Source of the DNA: Candidatus Methylomirabilis sp.
GTDB taxonomy: Bacteria; Methylomirabilota; Methylomirabilia; Methylomirabilales; Methylomirabilaceae
Reading direction: 5' to 3'
NCBI GenBank assembly: GCA_041498975.1
Contig: JBGQJI010000041.1
Coordinates: forward strand, 1 to 17,090
Length of the DNA: 17,090 bases
Both the position numbers and the translations under genes were made by a program. The notes under the pieces are model-generated. The model was not told the origin of the DNA, ran no database searches, and was given only the letters and a program-made list of their open reading frames with translations. This document shows positions 1-8,377 of this stretch, piece after piece (positions within the stretch are counted from its first letter, which is position 1; each line of letters begins with the position of its first letter).

Positions 1-5
1 CCTCT

Positions 6-2600
6 GTGGCCTTGGTCGTCCTGGTGTCCTCAGCCGCGTCGCCGGCGGGGCCGACGGCCTCGGTGAGCACCATCTCGAGCAAAACCGGCGGTGCCGCCGG
101 GAGCCTGGAGGTTGGCTTCGTTCCCCAGGAATCCTGGTTGGCGCCGAATGAGGGGGGGAACGACGACTCCTCGCTCCTGGTGAGGGTCAATCCGACCACC
201 TTCGTCGTCCCTTCCGCTGCGGCCCCCACGACAGGACGTGATGCCGAGCTCGAGGACCCGGGAAGCGGGCTGGTCCACTGCTTCGGACAGGGAACCGGCA
301 GCCCAGGCTGCAAGTTCATCCACCTGGGCTCGCTCAACGATGAACGGCGGCCGCTGCGCGTCAACGACTCTACAGTCGTCATCCAGGGGAATGGGCGAGA
401 TTTGGAGGACTGCGAGGTCCACGGGAAGCCGGATCCCGGCCTTGGCTTCCCCGTTGACATCGATACGAAACCCACCTGCTCCTCAGGGTCGCCCACCTGC
501 AACGCGTCCGGCAGCGTCGTCTGCCCCTCAGGGGGGCCCACCTGTGCCGCCGGGTCTGCCCGGTGCGTAGGGAACACACCCATCTGCGAAGCAAGTGAAT
601 CTGGCCGCCAGGCGGAAGCCGCCGACGATGTCCTGTTCGTGGTAAAGGGCCTCGGATCTGACGGGGCGTTCGTGCATAAGGTCACAGTCAAGAGACTTAG
701 CAAGCTGTGCCTGTTCGCCCATTCCACCGATCCGATACGCGTCAACGATGATACCGTGGTGTTCGTTCAGCCGGGCCCCGACCGGCGGTTCGGGATCAGC
801 AGCGGGACCCGAGGGACATCCGGCAACGCTCTTCACTGCGGCGCCGCGCTTGACGACGAGATCTGGGTCGTTTCGAACTTAACTACCAGTACCAAAGACA
901 AAGACGACATCGAGGTGAAGAAGATCAAGGTGGGGCAGAAGCTTGGAGTCCACCTCGGCGGGAGCGCCGCCGACAGGGGGGTGAGACTCAGCGATCGCCT
1001 CGTGGTGTGGGCCTCCCCCGGGGCGGATGGGCACTTTGCCTCCCACACACAATGCACCAGCGAAGCGACACCTTGCGGCCTGCCGAGCCCGAATGCGGCC
1101 GACGACGGGCTGATCGTCCTCGATGTCAAGAGTAATAAGCTCAAGTTCGTGACGATCGGGACTATCCCCGGCAACTCGGCCGGCCGGCCCCTGCGGGTCA
1201 ACGACACTGCAGTGGTCCTCATCGGCACCGGCACCGATCAGGAGCGGCAGGAGGATGTGAAATTCATTCGGTGTACCCAGAACCAGCCCGCCGACGATCA
1301 GATCATCGTGGTGGAAGGCTTGGACACCGCGGTGCCCACGGTCACCACGCTTTCCGGATACGGGTTTATGCGACGGCCGGTCCGGCTGAGCCACGAGGCC
1401 GCCGTCGTCTTCGAGGAGAACTATTTTAACGCCACCAATCAGGGGGGAGTCACCCTCAATGCCCATGTGATCAGGGGGATCGGCGGCTCGGACTCCGATT
1501 TTCCCGGGGAAACTTCGTGCGTCCATATCAGCGGTCCCCCATCGGATACAAGCCTTCCGGTCGGGACCGGGCACCAGTTTGCGGAGACCGACCTGACCCG
1601 GCAGGATGCGGGCGTGGTCTTGAACTGCGACCAGCTCGTCTTCTGGACGGGGCCGGGCGGCACCGACCAGCAGGCCTTCCTCCTGACCAACCACGCGAGC
1701 CCCCCCGCCATCGTCGCGTCGAACACGGCCGCGGGGAACGACTGGGCGGGCCCGAGAACCACCCGGATCAACGACAGCACGATCCTCTACACCGCGAATG
1801 TGCTACAAGCAAACGTGGCGACGAGGGCATTAGGCGTCCTCAAGGCCGCGAGCGATGGGACGACGTTGACGGATACCAGGCTGACGCTGCCGGCCGCCGC
1901 CCAGCCTCCCACCTCGGGAGGCGAGCAGCCGGAGGGGCTGCATATCCCCTCGAGCGCGCCGGTGCGCTTGAGCGACAGCAAGGGCGTCGTCTTGAGCCCC
2001 GGCGCGGACGGCATCTTCAGCGCCCAGTGCAGCTCAGCCTCACAAGATGACGGGTTGATCGTGATCACGGGCCTGGACACGAACTCCCCGAGCACATCGT
2101 TCGTCGGAAGTTGGGGTTCATGCGGGGCCCACGGCTGCAGGCCGATCGCCCTGGGGACGCCCGGCAGCGAGGTCGCCGTCATGGCCGGGCCTGGGGCGAA
2201 CTGCGACATCGGCGAGGTGATAACGAACGCGCCCACCTGCCCGAGTGGGGGAGGGACGCCGTCCTGCTCCACGGGGACGCTCGCCTGTGTCAGGGGGTCG
2301 GCTGCATGCATCACCGGATCGCCCACCTGCACCAGCGGGGTTGCCTTCTGTAATCAAAACGCTAGCGTTCGGTGCAGCGACGCCAGCTCGCCCTCCTGCG
2401 CCGTGGGGTCTTCTGCTCAGTGCTCGGGGGGTCTGGGTACGCCGCCCGTGTGCAAGAAAAGCGTCACCTGCAGCTCCGGGTCCCCTTCGTGCCCCAGCGA
2501 TACGGATACGGTCGTGTGCACGGGTGGTTCACCTACCCCGTCGTTGACATGCTCTGCGGGGAAGGATGATGATGAGTTGATCGTCGTCAAGGGTTTCTAG
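6..2600 (+). CDS. Large secreted Cys-rich repeat protein, family A copy 1 (predicted ~10-repeat beta-propeller with Cys/Gly/Ser/Thr-rich inserts); probably 5'-partial
   Basis: 864-codon ORF, open from the window edge. It starts inside a hydrophobic signal-like stretch (VALVVLVSSAASPA) with no basic N-region, so the true start is probably upstream. Ten repeats of (P)xR[VL][NS]Dx.VV...DDxLxV. Collinear paralogue of 5176..7245. Confidence 0.85.
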   Translation: MALVVLVSSAASPAGPTASVSTISSKTGGAAGSLEVGFVPQESWLAPNEGGNDDSSLLVRVNPTTFVVPSAAAPTTGRDAELEDPGSGLVHCFGQGTGSPGCKFIHLGSLNDERRPLRVNDSTVVIQGNGRDLEDCEVHGKPDPGLGFPVDIDTKPTCSSGSPTCNASGSVVCPSGGPTCAAGSARCVGNTPICEASESGRQAEAADDVLFVVKGLGSDGAFVHKVTVKRLSKLCLFAHSTDPIRVNDDTVVFVQPGPDRRFGISSGTRGTSGNALHCGAALDDEIWVVSNLTTSTKDKDDIEVKKIKVGQKLGVHLGGSAADRGVRLSDRLVVWASPGADGHFASHTQCTSEATPCGLPSPNAADDGLIVLDVKSNKLKFVTIGTIPGNSAGRPLRVNDTAVVLIGTGTDQERQEDVKFIRCTQNQPADDQIIVVEGLDTAVPTVTTLSGYGFMRRPVRLSHEAAVVFEENYFNATNQGGVTLNAHVIRGIGGSDSDFPGETSCVHISGPPSDTSLPVGTGHQFAETDLTRQDAGVVLNCDQLVFWTGPGGTDQQAFLLTNHASPPAIVASNTAAGNDWAGPRTTRINDSTILYTANVLQANVATRALGVLKAASDGTTLTDTRLTLPAAAQPPTSGGEQPEGLHIPSSAPVRLSDSKGVVLSPGADGIFSAQCSSASQDDGLIVITGLDTNSPSTSFVGSWGSCGAHGCRPIALGTPGSEVAVMAGPGANCDIGEVITNAPTCPSGGGTPSCSTGTLACVRGSAACITGSPTCTSGVAFCNQNASVRCSDASSPSCAVGSSAQCSGGLGTPPVCKKSVTCSSGSPSCPSDTDTVVCTGGSPTPSLTCSAGKDDDELIVVKGF

Positions 2601-2624
2601 GGTCCTGAGCTTCGCTTAAGAAAT

Positions 2625-2694
2625 CCCCCTCCCTTACGGGAGGGGGCGTGGGGGAGGGTGACGGAGCGCACCGGCGATCGTCACCCCCCGCCCA
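2625..2694. repeat. REP-like palindromic element (two GC-rich hairpins)
   Basis: CCCCCTCCC-TTAC-GGGAGGGGG (2625-2646, perfect 9-bp stem), then GGGTGACG (2656-2663) / CGTCACCC (2679-2686). Similar CCCTCCC/GGGAG(A)GGG units occur at 15698-15770 and 15906-15936. Confidence 0.55.
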
Positions 2695-2795
2695 GCCTCG
2701 CGGGGTGCCTGGCTCTAAGCAGTGGGGGGCCTGGTCCTACACTCGTGGGATCAGGCCCTTGCTGTTTCACTAGAGGAAGCACACTGAAAGTGGTC

Positions 2796-3536
2796 ATGAG
2801 CAGCTTCTTCGTGGTCTTGCTCTTCGGGATTGCTGCCGCGCTGGGGGATATCGTCGGCGGCCTGGTGCTCACCGCCAACAAGCGGTGGGGGGAAGGTGCG
2901 TTCCTCCGCTACTTCATCGCCCTGAGCGTCGGCTTCATGCTGGCCCTCGCGCTGCTCGAGATGATCCCGGAAAGCATGCGCCTGACGCCGCTGACCCCGT
3001 CTCTCGTCCTTCTGGCCTATCTGCTGGTCCACTTCTTCGAGCACACGATGCCGTCGCACTTCCACTTCGGCGAGGAGATCCATCCCGAGGCGATGGTGAA
3101 GGCGTCGGTGGGCTACCTGGCATTCCTCGGCCTGGCCGTGCACAGCTTTTTCGACGGCATCTCCATCGCCGCGGGCTTCTCGGTCTCCCACAGCCTCGGG
3201 GTCCTTGTCTTCTCCGGCGTGCTCCTGCACAAGCTCCCCGAGGGCTTCACCATCGCCTCCATCATGGTGGCGGCCGGCCATGGGCGGGCGCGGGCCTTGG
3301 GCTCGGCCGTCGCCATCGGCCTGGCGACCATGGTTGGCGTCCTTTTCCTTTCTCTCGCCTCCGGGCTCGCCCCCTACGGCCTCGCGCTGTCCGCGGGGGC
3401 GCTCCTCTACGTGGCCGCCTCGGATCTCATGCCGGAGGTGAATAAGGAGGTGGCGCCCAGGATGGCCTTCGTCGTCTTCGCCGGCGTCCTGCTCTTCTAC
3501 CTCGCCGAGCGACTGCTCGGCCAGATCGGGTCGTGA
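2796..3536 (+). CDS. ZIP (ZupT/GufA-like) family divalent metal transporter
   Basis: Multiple TM helices, His-rich loop HFFEHTMPSHFHFGEEIH, TM4 HSFFDG and TM5 HKLPEG metal-binding motifs, C-terminal LYVAASDLMPE. The ATG at 2796 is preferred because the 2658 start translates a palindromic repeat. Confidence 0.92.
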   Translation: MSSFFVVLLFGIAAALGDIVGGLVLTANKRWGEGAFLRYFIALSVGFMLALALLEMIPESMRLTPLTPSLVLLAYLLVHFFEHTMPSHFHFGEEIHPEAMVKASVGYLAFLGLAVHSFFDGISIAAGFSVSHSLGVLVFSGVLLHKLPEGFTIASIMVAAGHGRARALGSAVAIGLATMVGVLFLSLASGLAPYGLALSAGALLYVAASDLMPEVNKEVAPRMAFVVFAGVLLFYLAERLLGQIGS

Positions 3537-3575
3537 GGGGGCGCAGTTCAGCCAGTCGAAAGGAGGAGATGGTCG

Positions 3576-4127
3576 ATGTTCACCAGAATGTCGGTCGTTC
3601 GGGCTTCCGGGGTCTTCCTTGTGGTCGCGCTCGCTGCTGGGCTTCTTGCTTCGACGCCCGAGAGCTTCGCCCAACCGCCCTCTCGTGGGCAAGACCGTCC
3701 GGTTCAGCGAACACTTCCCCGCAAAGAGATCTATGCCAACCTGAGCAAGGAGCTTGGCGTGAAGGATGCGGAGGCAAAGGCGCTTGTGGAGTCGTTAGAG
3801 GATAAAGGCTTTCCTCCGCGAGAGACGGTCGTGTTGCTCCTGCTTGCCAAAGCCAGAGCGGATCGCTTGATCGAGGAAGGAAGGTACCCAAAGGGGCAGG
3901 GATTGGACGCGCTGAATGCGAGTGTGGACTTTCTCGTCGGCCTTGTCGAAAAGGATAAGGCAGGGTGGTTGGCGCTTGTGGAGAACACTGGAGCGAAGAT
4001 TGACCTGACTACAGTCGTTGCAAAGGCCAATCAGATCATCGGCTTCCACTCTGAGCGAGCCGGTGTCTCCCGCACTGTCCCGGTCGTGGAGCGGGGGGTG
4101 GCGTCGAAGGGGCAATCGAGCCAGTAG
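3576..4127 (+). CDS. Secreted helical protein, family B copy 1 (one ~110-aa domain), function unknown
   Basis: SD AAGGAGG at 3560-3566; signal peptide ending ESFA-Q; domain with PRETVVLLLLA...AGW...KANQIIG shared with 4197..5159 and 7448..8167. Confidence 0.85.
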   Translation: MFTRMSVVRASGVFLVVALAAGLLASTPESFAQPPSRGQDRPVQRTLPRKEIYANLSKELGVKDAEAKALVESLEDKGFPPRETVVLLLLAKARADRLIEEGRYPKGQGLDALNASVDFLVGLVEKDKAGWLALVENTGAKIDLTTVVAKANQIIGFHSERAGVSRTVPVVERGVASKGQSSQ

Positions 4128-4196
4128 CCGGCACAAAGGGGACGTCGCCATCAGCCCTTGGGATGGCGGGCGTGAGAGACCCTGGTGGAGGGAGAG

Positions 4197-5159
4197 GTGA
4201 GCACAACGGAGATTCGGCGTCGCGCGGCAGCCCGGCAACGGGCGATAGGCGGACAGGTCTTCTCGATGATCGCGGTGGGGATGCTTGTGGTCGCGACCCT
4301 GGCTTTGGCGGAGGAGGGAGCCGCGCCGGGCGCCTCCCAGCCGGAAGTGACGCCAGACGAGACCGTCTTCTATGCTCGGGTCGCCTCGTTCCTTGGGCTG
4401 CCCCCGAAGGTCGTTCAGGCAGTGGTGCCGGAGTTCAAACGGGAGGGCGTGAACGAGAGGGATTCGGTCCTTCTTCTCCTCTTCGCGTACAAGCGGACGT
4501 TGCGGCTGCTCCGCGAGGAAAAGATCACAAAGGAGCAGGTGGACAAGGGTTTCAGCGACAGTATCCGCTACTTCCTCGAGACCCGCAGGGCGCGGCCGGG
4601 GCCAGCGGGCTGGAAGGGCTACATCAGCACCGAGATGGCCCTGGAGCTGCACGATGTGGTCAAGCAGGCCGCGAACACCGTCAGAGAAGCCCGGAAGCCT
4701 GCGGACGCGGACAGGCCCGAGCGGGCCGTCAGCGCCGCCGCTCCAAGGGAGGTCCCAGAAGAATTTGCCCAAGCGCTCCAGACGCGCTTCCGGCTGCGTC
4801 CCGAGGTCCTCAAGATGGCGTGGGGACAGCTTGAATCGATGCACCAGCGCGACCCGAGGGGCGCCATAAAGCTCCTCATCCTTGCCAGGGAGAAGACCGA
4901 TCGGCTCCTTGAGTTCGGGGCCATCAAGAGGGACCAGAGGGACAAGGTGTTCCTGGACAACCTGGCAGACTTCATCTCGCAGGTCGAGTCGAACCCGGTC
5001 ATATGGTGGGGAGGCCTGGCGAGCCAGGTCGGTCTCCACTCGAGGGACCTGAACGATGAAACGCTGATCATCTTCAATGCTGCTACCGAGGTCCAGTTGC
5101 GAAAAGGCGTCAGGCGCGCGGAGCGGCCGGCCGTCCCGCGCGAGCTGATCGAGTGGTAG
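4197..5159 (+). CDS. Secreted helical protein, family B copy 2 (two tandem domains), function unknown
   Basis: GGAGG at 4187-4191 ahead of GTG 4197 (alternative GTG 4185); signal peptide ending TLALA-EE; internal duplication ERDSVLLLLFAYKRTLRLL...AGW versus PRGAIKLLILAREKTDRLL...WWG. Confidence 0.85.
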   Translation: MSTTEIRRRAAARQRAIGGQVFSMIAVGMLVVATLALAEEGAAPGASQPEVTPDETVFYARVASFLGLPPKVVQAVVPEFKREGVNERDSVLLLLFAYKRTLRLLREEKITKEQVDKGFSDSIRYFLETRRARPGPAGWKGYISTEMALELHDVVKQAANTVREARKPADADRPERAVSAAAPREVPEEFAQALQTRFRLRPEVLKMAWGQLESMHQRDPRGAIKLLILAREKTDRLLEFGAIKRDQRDKVFLDNLADFISQVESNPVIWWGGLASQVGLHSRDLNDETLIIFNAATEVQLRKGVRRAERPAVPRELIEW

Positions 5160-5175
5160 CGATGGAGGGTGTATC

Positions 5176-7245
5176 TTGAAAAGACGTGTGCTTCTTGTGG
5201 CCTGGTTGCTCGTCGTAGGGTCATCGCCCGCTCTCGCAGCGGTCGTGTCGGTGGACAGCCTTGTCAGGCGAACCGCCAATGCCACTTCGAGGTTGGAGAT
5301 CGGATTCGTCCCCCAGACGACCTGGCTGGAAGAGCTTGAGGGAGGCAACGAAGACTCCGCGCTCCTGGTGCGGGTTAGCCCGACTACGTTCGTGGTCTCC
5401 TCCCCGGGTCTGGGAAAGGAATTTCGGGACCGGGCGAACGGTCTGGTTCACTGCTATGGGCCGGCGGCCGGGACCTGCGAGTTCATTCCGCTTGGACCTC
5501 TCGCGGAGGACAGGAGGGCACTGCGCGTCAACGACTCGACGGTCGTGATCCAGGGGCTCGGGCCCGATAATGAGGGGTGCGAGGGTCCCGGGATGGCCGA
5601 TGATGTGCTCTACATCATCAGAGGTCTCGGGGCCCCCGGGGCGACCGTAGAAACCGATCCGGCCCTCTCCAATCTCTGCTTGTTCTTGCAAGGCACCGAT
5701 CCGATACGGGTGGATGACGACACCGTGGTGTTCTCCCAGCCGCGGTCCGCTTCAAACTCGCGGACGACCGGCCGCTCTCGCGGCAGCACGCAGAGCGCCG
5801 ACCCCTGCCGCGCCGCGTCTGAGGACGGGATTGTCGTGATACGCGGTCTCAGGCCTCGGGCGGCGCTTAAGGTCACTCCGATGAACGTGGGCTCACTGTT
5901 TGGCGTCCACCTGAGCGGAGGCCCGGCAGGCCGGGCGGTAAGGCTCAGCGACACCACGGTCGTGTGGGCCTCCCCCGGGGCGGATGGGCATTTCGCCTTC
6001 ATTCCCATCGGCGGAGATGTGCCCGAGGATGCCGATCGGCTCTGTGGCGCCACGAAGCGGAACAGCGCCGACGACGGCCTCTTGGTCCTGAAACTGGTGA
6101 AGGGAGGGCAGCCCGTCCTGCAGTGGGTGCCGATCGGTATTATCACGGCCAATCCGGCTGGCCGGCCTTTGAGAGTGAACGATTCGGCGGTGGTCCTCGT
6201 CGGCGTGGCCGAGGATCGGGTAGAGCAGGAAGCGGTGACGGTTCAAAGTCCCTTTACCGGGCTGCCGGTCACGAGTCAGCTCATCGTCGTTGAAGGCCTT
6301 GGCGAGCCCCACACGACGGTCACGTCCTTTCCCGGGTTCGGGGGTGTGCGACGTCCGGTGCGGCTGAGCCAGGGGACCGTGGCCTTCTTCGAAGAGGAGG
6401 CTTCGGGCGCGAGATCCAAAGAAGATGTCCTGATCACGGCGAATCTGGTTCGTGGGATCGCCGGCAGCGACAGCGGCTCCGACAGTGACGGGGCCTGCCC
6501 TGTCGGGAAAGGGCCGCTCTCCATCGTGAGCATTCCCATTGCCACGGGCCATGGCTTCGTGCAGACCGACAAGACCCGAGAGGATGTCGGCGTGGTCTTG
6601 AACTGTGCCCAAGTCGTCTTCTGGGTAAATGGCCCACGCGTCACTGACCAGCAGGCGTTCCTCCTGACCGATGCGGGGACCAAGGTTCCCAGGCTGGCGC
6701 CGTCATCAACCCCAGCGGGGGCCATGTGGGACCGTCCGAGGGCCGGGCGAGTCAACAAGCACACCGCTGCGTACAGCGTGGCACACGCCAATACGCCGCT
6801 CGGCCTCCTGAAGGCGTCGAGCTCGGGCGATTTGACCGACTTGAGGCTTCAGGTCCCGCCTGATGCCGTCCCCAGCCCTCCTTGCGGTGATCCCCAGGAC
6901 GGGGAGTCCCTGCATCAGCCTTCCAGCCAGCCGGTACGCCTGAGCGACAGCATGGTCGTGATCCTGAGTAAGGGAAAGGACGGGGGCTTCAGCAAGCTCC
7001 CCCAGCCCCCCAACTGCCCCGGCGCCGTCGATGATGGGTTGATCGTGATCGAGGGGGCGGACAATGGCGTCCCTACCACGAGGTACGTCGGGTTCTGGAA
7101 CTCGTGCGGAGGGCCAGGCTGCAAGCCGCTTGCCCTGGGGACTCCGGGCAAAGAGATCGTCGTCGTGGGAGGGTTTGGCCAAGCTTACAGGATCGGCGAC
7201 CAAATGGAGCACGATCACGAGCTGGTCATCGTCACGTTGCCCTGA
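5176..7245 (+). CDS. Secreted repeat protein, family A copy 2 (predicted ~10-repeat beta-propeller), function unknown
   Basis: TTG start with GGAGG at 5164-5168; signal peptide MKRRVLLVAWLLVVGSSPALA; same ten repeats as copy 1; 29 identical nt at 5962-5990 and 1005-1033. Confidence 0.88.
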   Translation: MKRRVLLVAWLLVVGSSPALAAVVSVDSLVRRTANATSRLEIGFVPQTTWLEELEGGNEDSALLVRVSPTTFVVSSPGLGKEFRDRANGLVHCYGPAAGTCEFIPLGPLAEDRRALRVNDSTVVIQGLGPDNEGCEGPGMADDVLYIIRGLGAPGATVETDPALSNLCLFLQGTDPIRVDDDTVVFSQPRSASNSRTTGRSRGSTQSADPCRAASEDGIVVIRGLRPRAALKVTPMNVGSLFGVHLSGGPAGRAVRLSDTTVVWASPGADGHFAFIPIGGDVPEDADRLCGATKRNSADDGLLVLKLVKGGQPVLQWVPIGIITANPAGRPLRVNDSAVVLVGVAEDRVEQEAVTVQSPFTGLPVTSQLIVVEGLGEPHTTVTSFPGFGGVRRPVRLSQGTVAFFEEEASGARSKEDVLITANLVRGIAGSDSGSDSDGACPVGKGPLSIVSIPIATGHGFVQTDKTREDVGVVLNCAQVVFWVNGPRVTDQQAFLLTDAGTKVPRLAPSSTPAGAMWDRPRAGRVNKHTAAYSVAHANTPLGLLKASSSGDLTDLRLQVPPDAVPSPPCGDPQDGESLHQPSSQPVRLSDSMVVILSKGKDGGFSKLPQPPNCPGAVDDGLIVIEGADNGVPTTRYVGFWNSCGGPGCKPLALGTPGKEIVVVGGFGQAYRIGDQMEHDHELVIVTLP

Positions 7246-7447
7246 AAGGGGCGGCAGCGATGACATGGCAATGTCCGCGCCGCAGGGTGATTCCGCTGTT
7301 ATGGCATTGTGCAATCCCGGACACGCTGGCTATCCTGCGGGTGGAAACGGGCGAACACGATGTGGGGCTGAGGGGGGATTTGATCGAGGCACACGTCGCC
7401 GTGGCCGGATTCCCCACAGGAGCTTCATAGGCAAGGAGGCAAGAGAC

Positions 7448-8167
7448 ATGCGTGGCAGGCGACTCTATGGCGGTTTCTTCATGCAATGTCTGCTCGTCGG
7501 ACTGGCCTGCTTGGCGGTCCCTGAGCTCTCGTTCGCCACGGCGCAGAGTCTTCAGGAGCGCGCGTTCGAGGAGTGGAAATCCGACCTCCAGGGTCCGGCC
7601 GAAGTCGGATCCAACGTGGGCCTGGGGTGGCTCGTCCCTGAGGCATGTGAGGCGACCGGCCTCTACTCCAGGGAGACTGCAGACTCCAGGACCGCCCAGG
7701 CCGTAGGGCGGCCCGAGGCGGCGGAAGAGAAGGGGCAGGGGCCGCCGCAAGGGGGGCCGGCGGCGCAGGAAGAGGGCAAGCCGGCGCGCCCTAAGAAGAT
7801 CAGGCATCCTGACGCCACCCCCGAGAAGCGCTTCCCCCGTGAGGTGATCCTCAAGAATCTCACCAAGCAGTTCGCCATCGACGAGGAGACGATCAAGGCC
7901 CGCCTGACCAAGATCGAGGAGGAGATGCCCACGCGCGAGGCGGTCATGCTGTTCGTCCTGGCGAACGACATGACGAGGAAGCAGATCCTGCTGGGCGAAA
8001 TCGAGCCGCCGCAAAGGAAGGCGGCTTTCGAAAAGAACCTGCAAACGGTTCTGGAGCTCAGCGAGAACGGGGCCGGATGGGGGGACATCGGCAGGCTGGC
8101 CGGCATGGAGCTGAGCGGCCGCGACCTCACGATGAGGGCGAATAAGCTCATCGGTCAGTCTGAATGA
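7448..8167 (+). CDS. Secreted helical protein, family B copy 3 (low-complexity linker plus one domain), function unknown
   Basis: AAGGAGG at 7433-7439 before ATG 7448; signal peptide ending ELSFA-T; domain TREAVMLFVLA...GAGWGDI...RANKLIG homologous to copies 1 and 2. Confidence 0.85.
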   Translation: MRGRRLYGGFFMQCLLVGLACLAVPELSFATAQSLQERAFEEWKSDLQGPAEVGSNVGLGWLVPEACEATGLYSRETADSRTAQAVGRPEAAEEKGQGPPQGGPAAQEEGKPARPKKIRHPDATPEKRFPREVILKNLTKQFAIDEETIKARLTKIEEEMPTREAVMLFVLANDMTRKQILLGEIEPPQRKAAFEKNLQTVLELSENGAGWGDIGRLAGMELSGRDLTMRANKLIGQSE

Positions 8168-8377
8168 GCGCACTCTCGCGGTCGCCCGGCCGAGGAGGCC
8201 GCTGTCTCCGTACTGCGCCAGAGTCTCCAGATGCTCTCTGAGGATCAGTTCTACGGCAGGGGCGACCACGAGTGCTGCCCCCGGTCCCGCGCCCCGACCT
8301 TCGTGGCTGGATGGATTTCCCAGGCGTCCCCCCGCAAGTCTCCAACATCCCGGAGATGCACGAAATCGTGCAGGGGC

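Noticed and set aside
2232..2552. Multiheme cytochrome, insect-type antifreeze repeat or RiPP precursor
   Set aside because: No CxxCH motifs, no regular 12-residue TCT period, and the tract is an internal loop of a large secreted protein rather than a short precursor.
2658..2795. N-terminal extension of the ZIP ORF
   Set aside because: It translates a palindromic repeat; ZIP-like hydrophobic sequence starts at about 2790-2796.
4197..4240. Tat signal in B2 (IRRRAAA)
   Set aside because: Lacks the S/T-R-R-x-F-L consensus; more consistent with an ordinary basic N-region.
7064..7447. N-terminal extension of ORF 7064..8167
   Set aside because: It overlaps A2 in another frame; the ATG at 7448 has a strong SD and begins a signal peptide.
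8165..8201. Second possible Sec read-through: the TGA of B3 is in frame with ORF 8231..8758 and is followed by a CGGCC-GAGGA-GGCCG hairpin
   Set aside because: The aligned position in B1 is not Cys, the domain is already complete, a 5-bp GC stem is expected by chance at this GC content, and the read-through sequence has no homology support.
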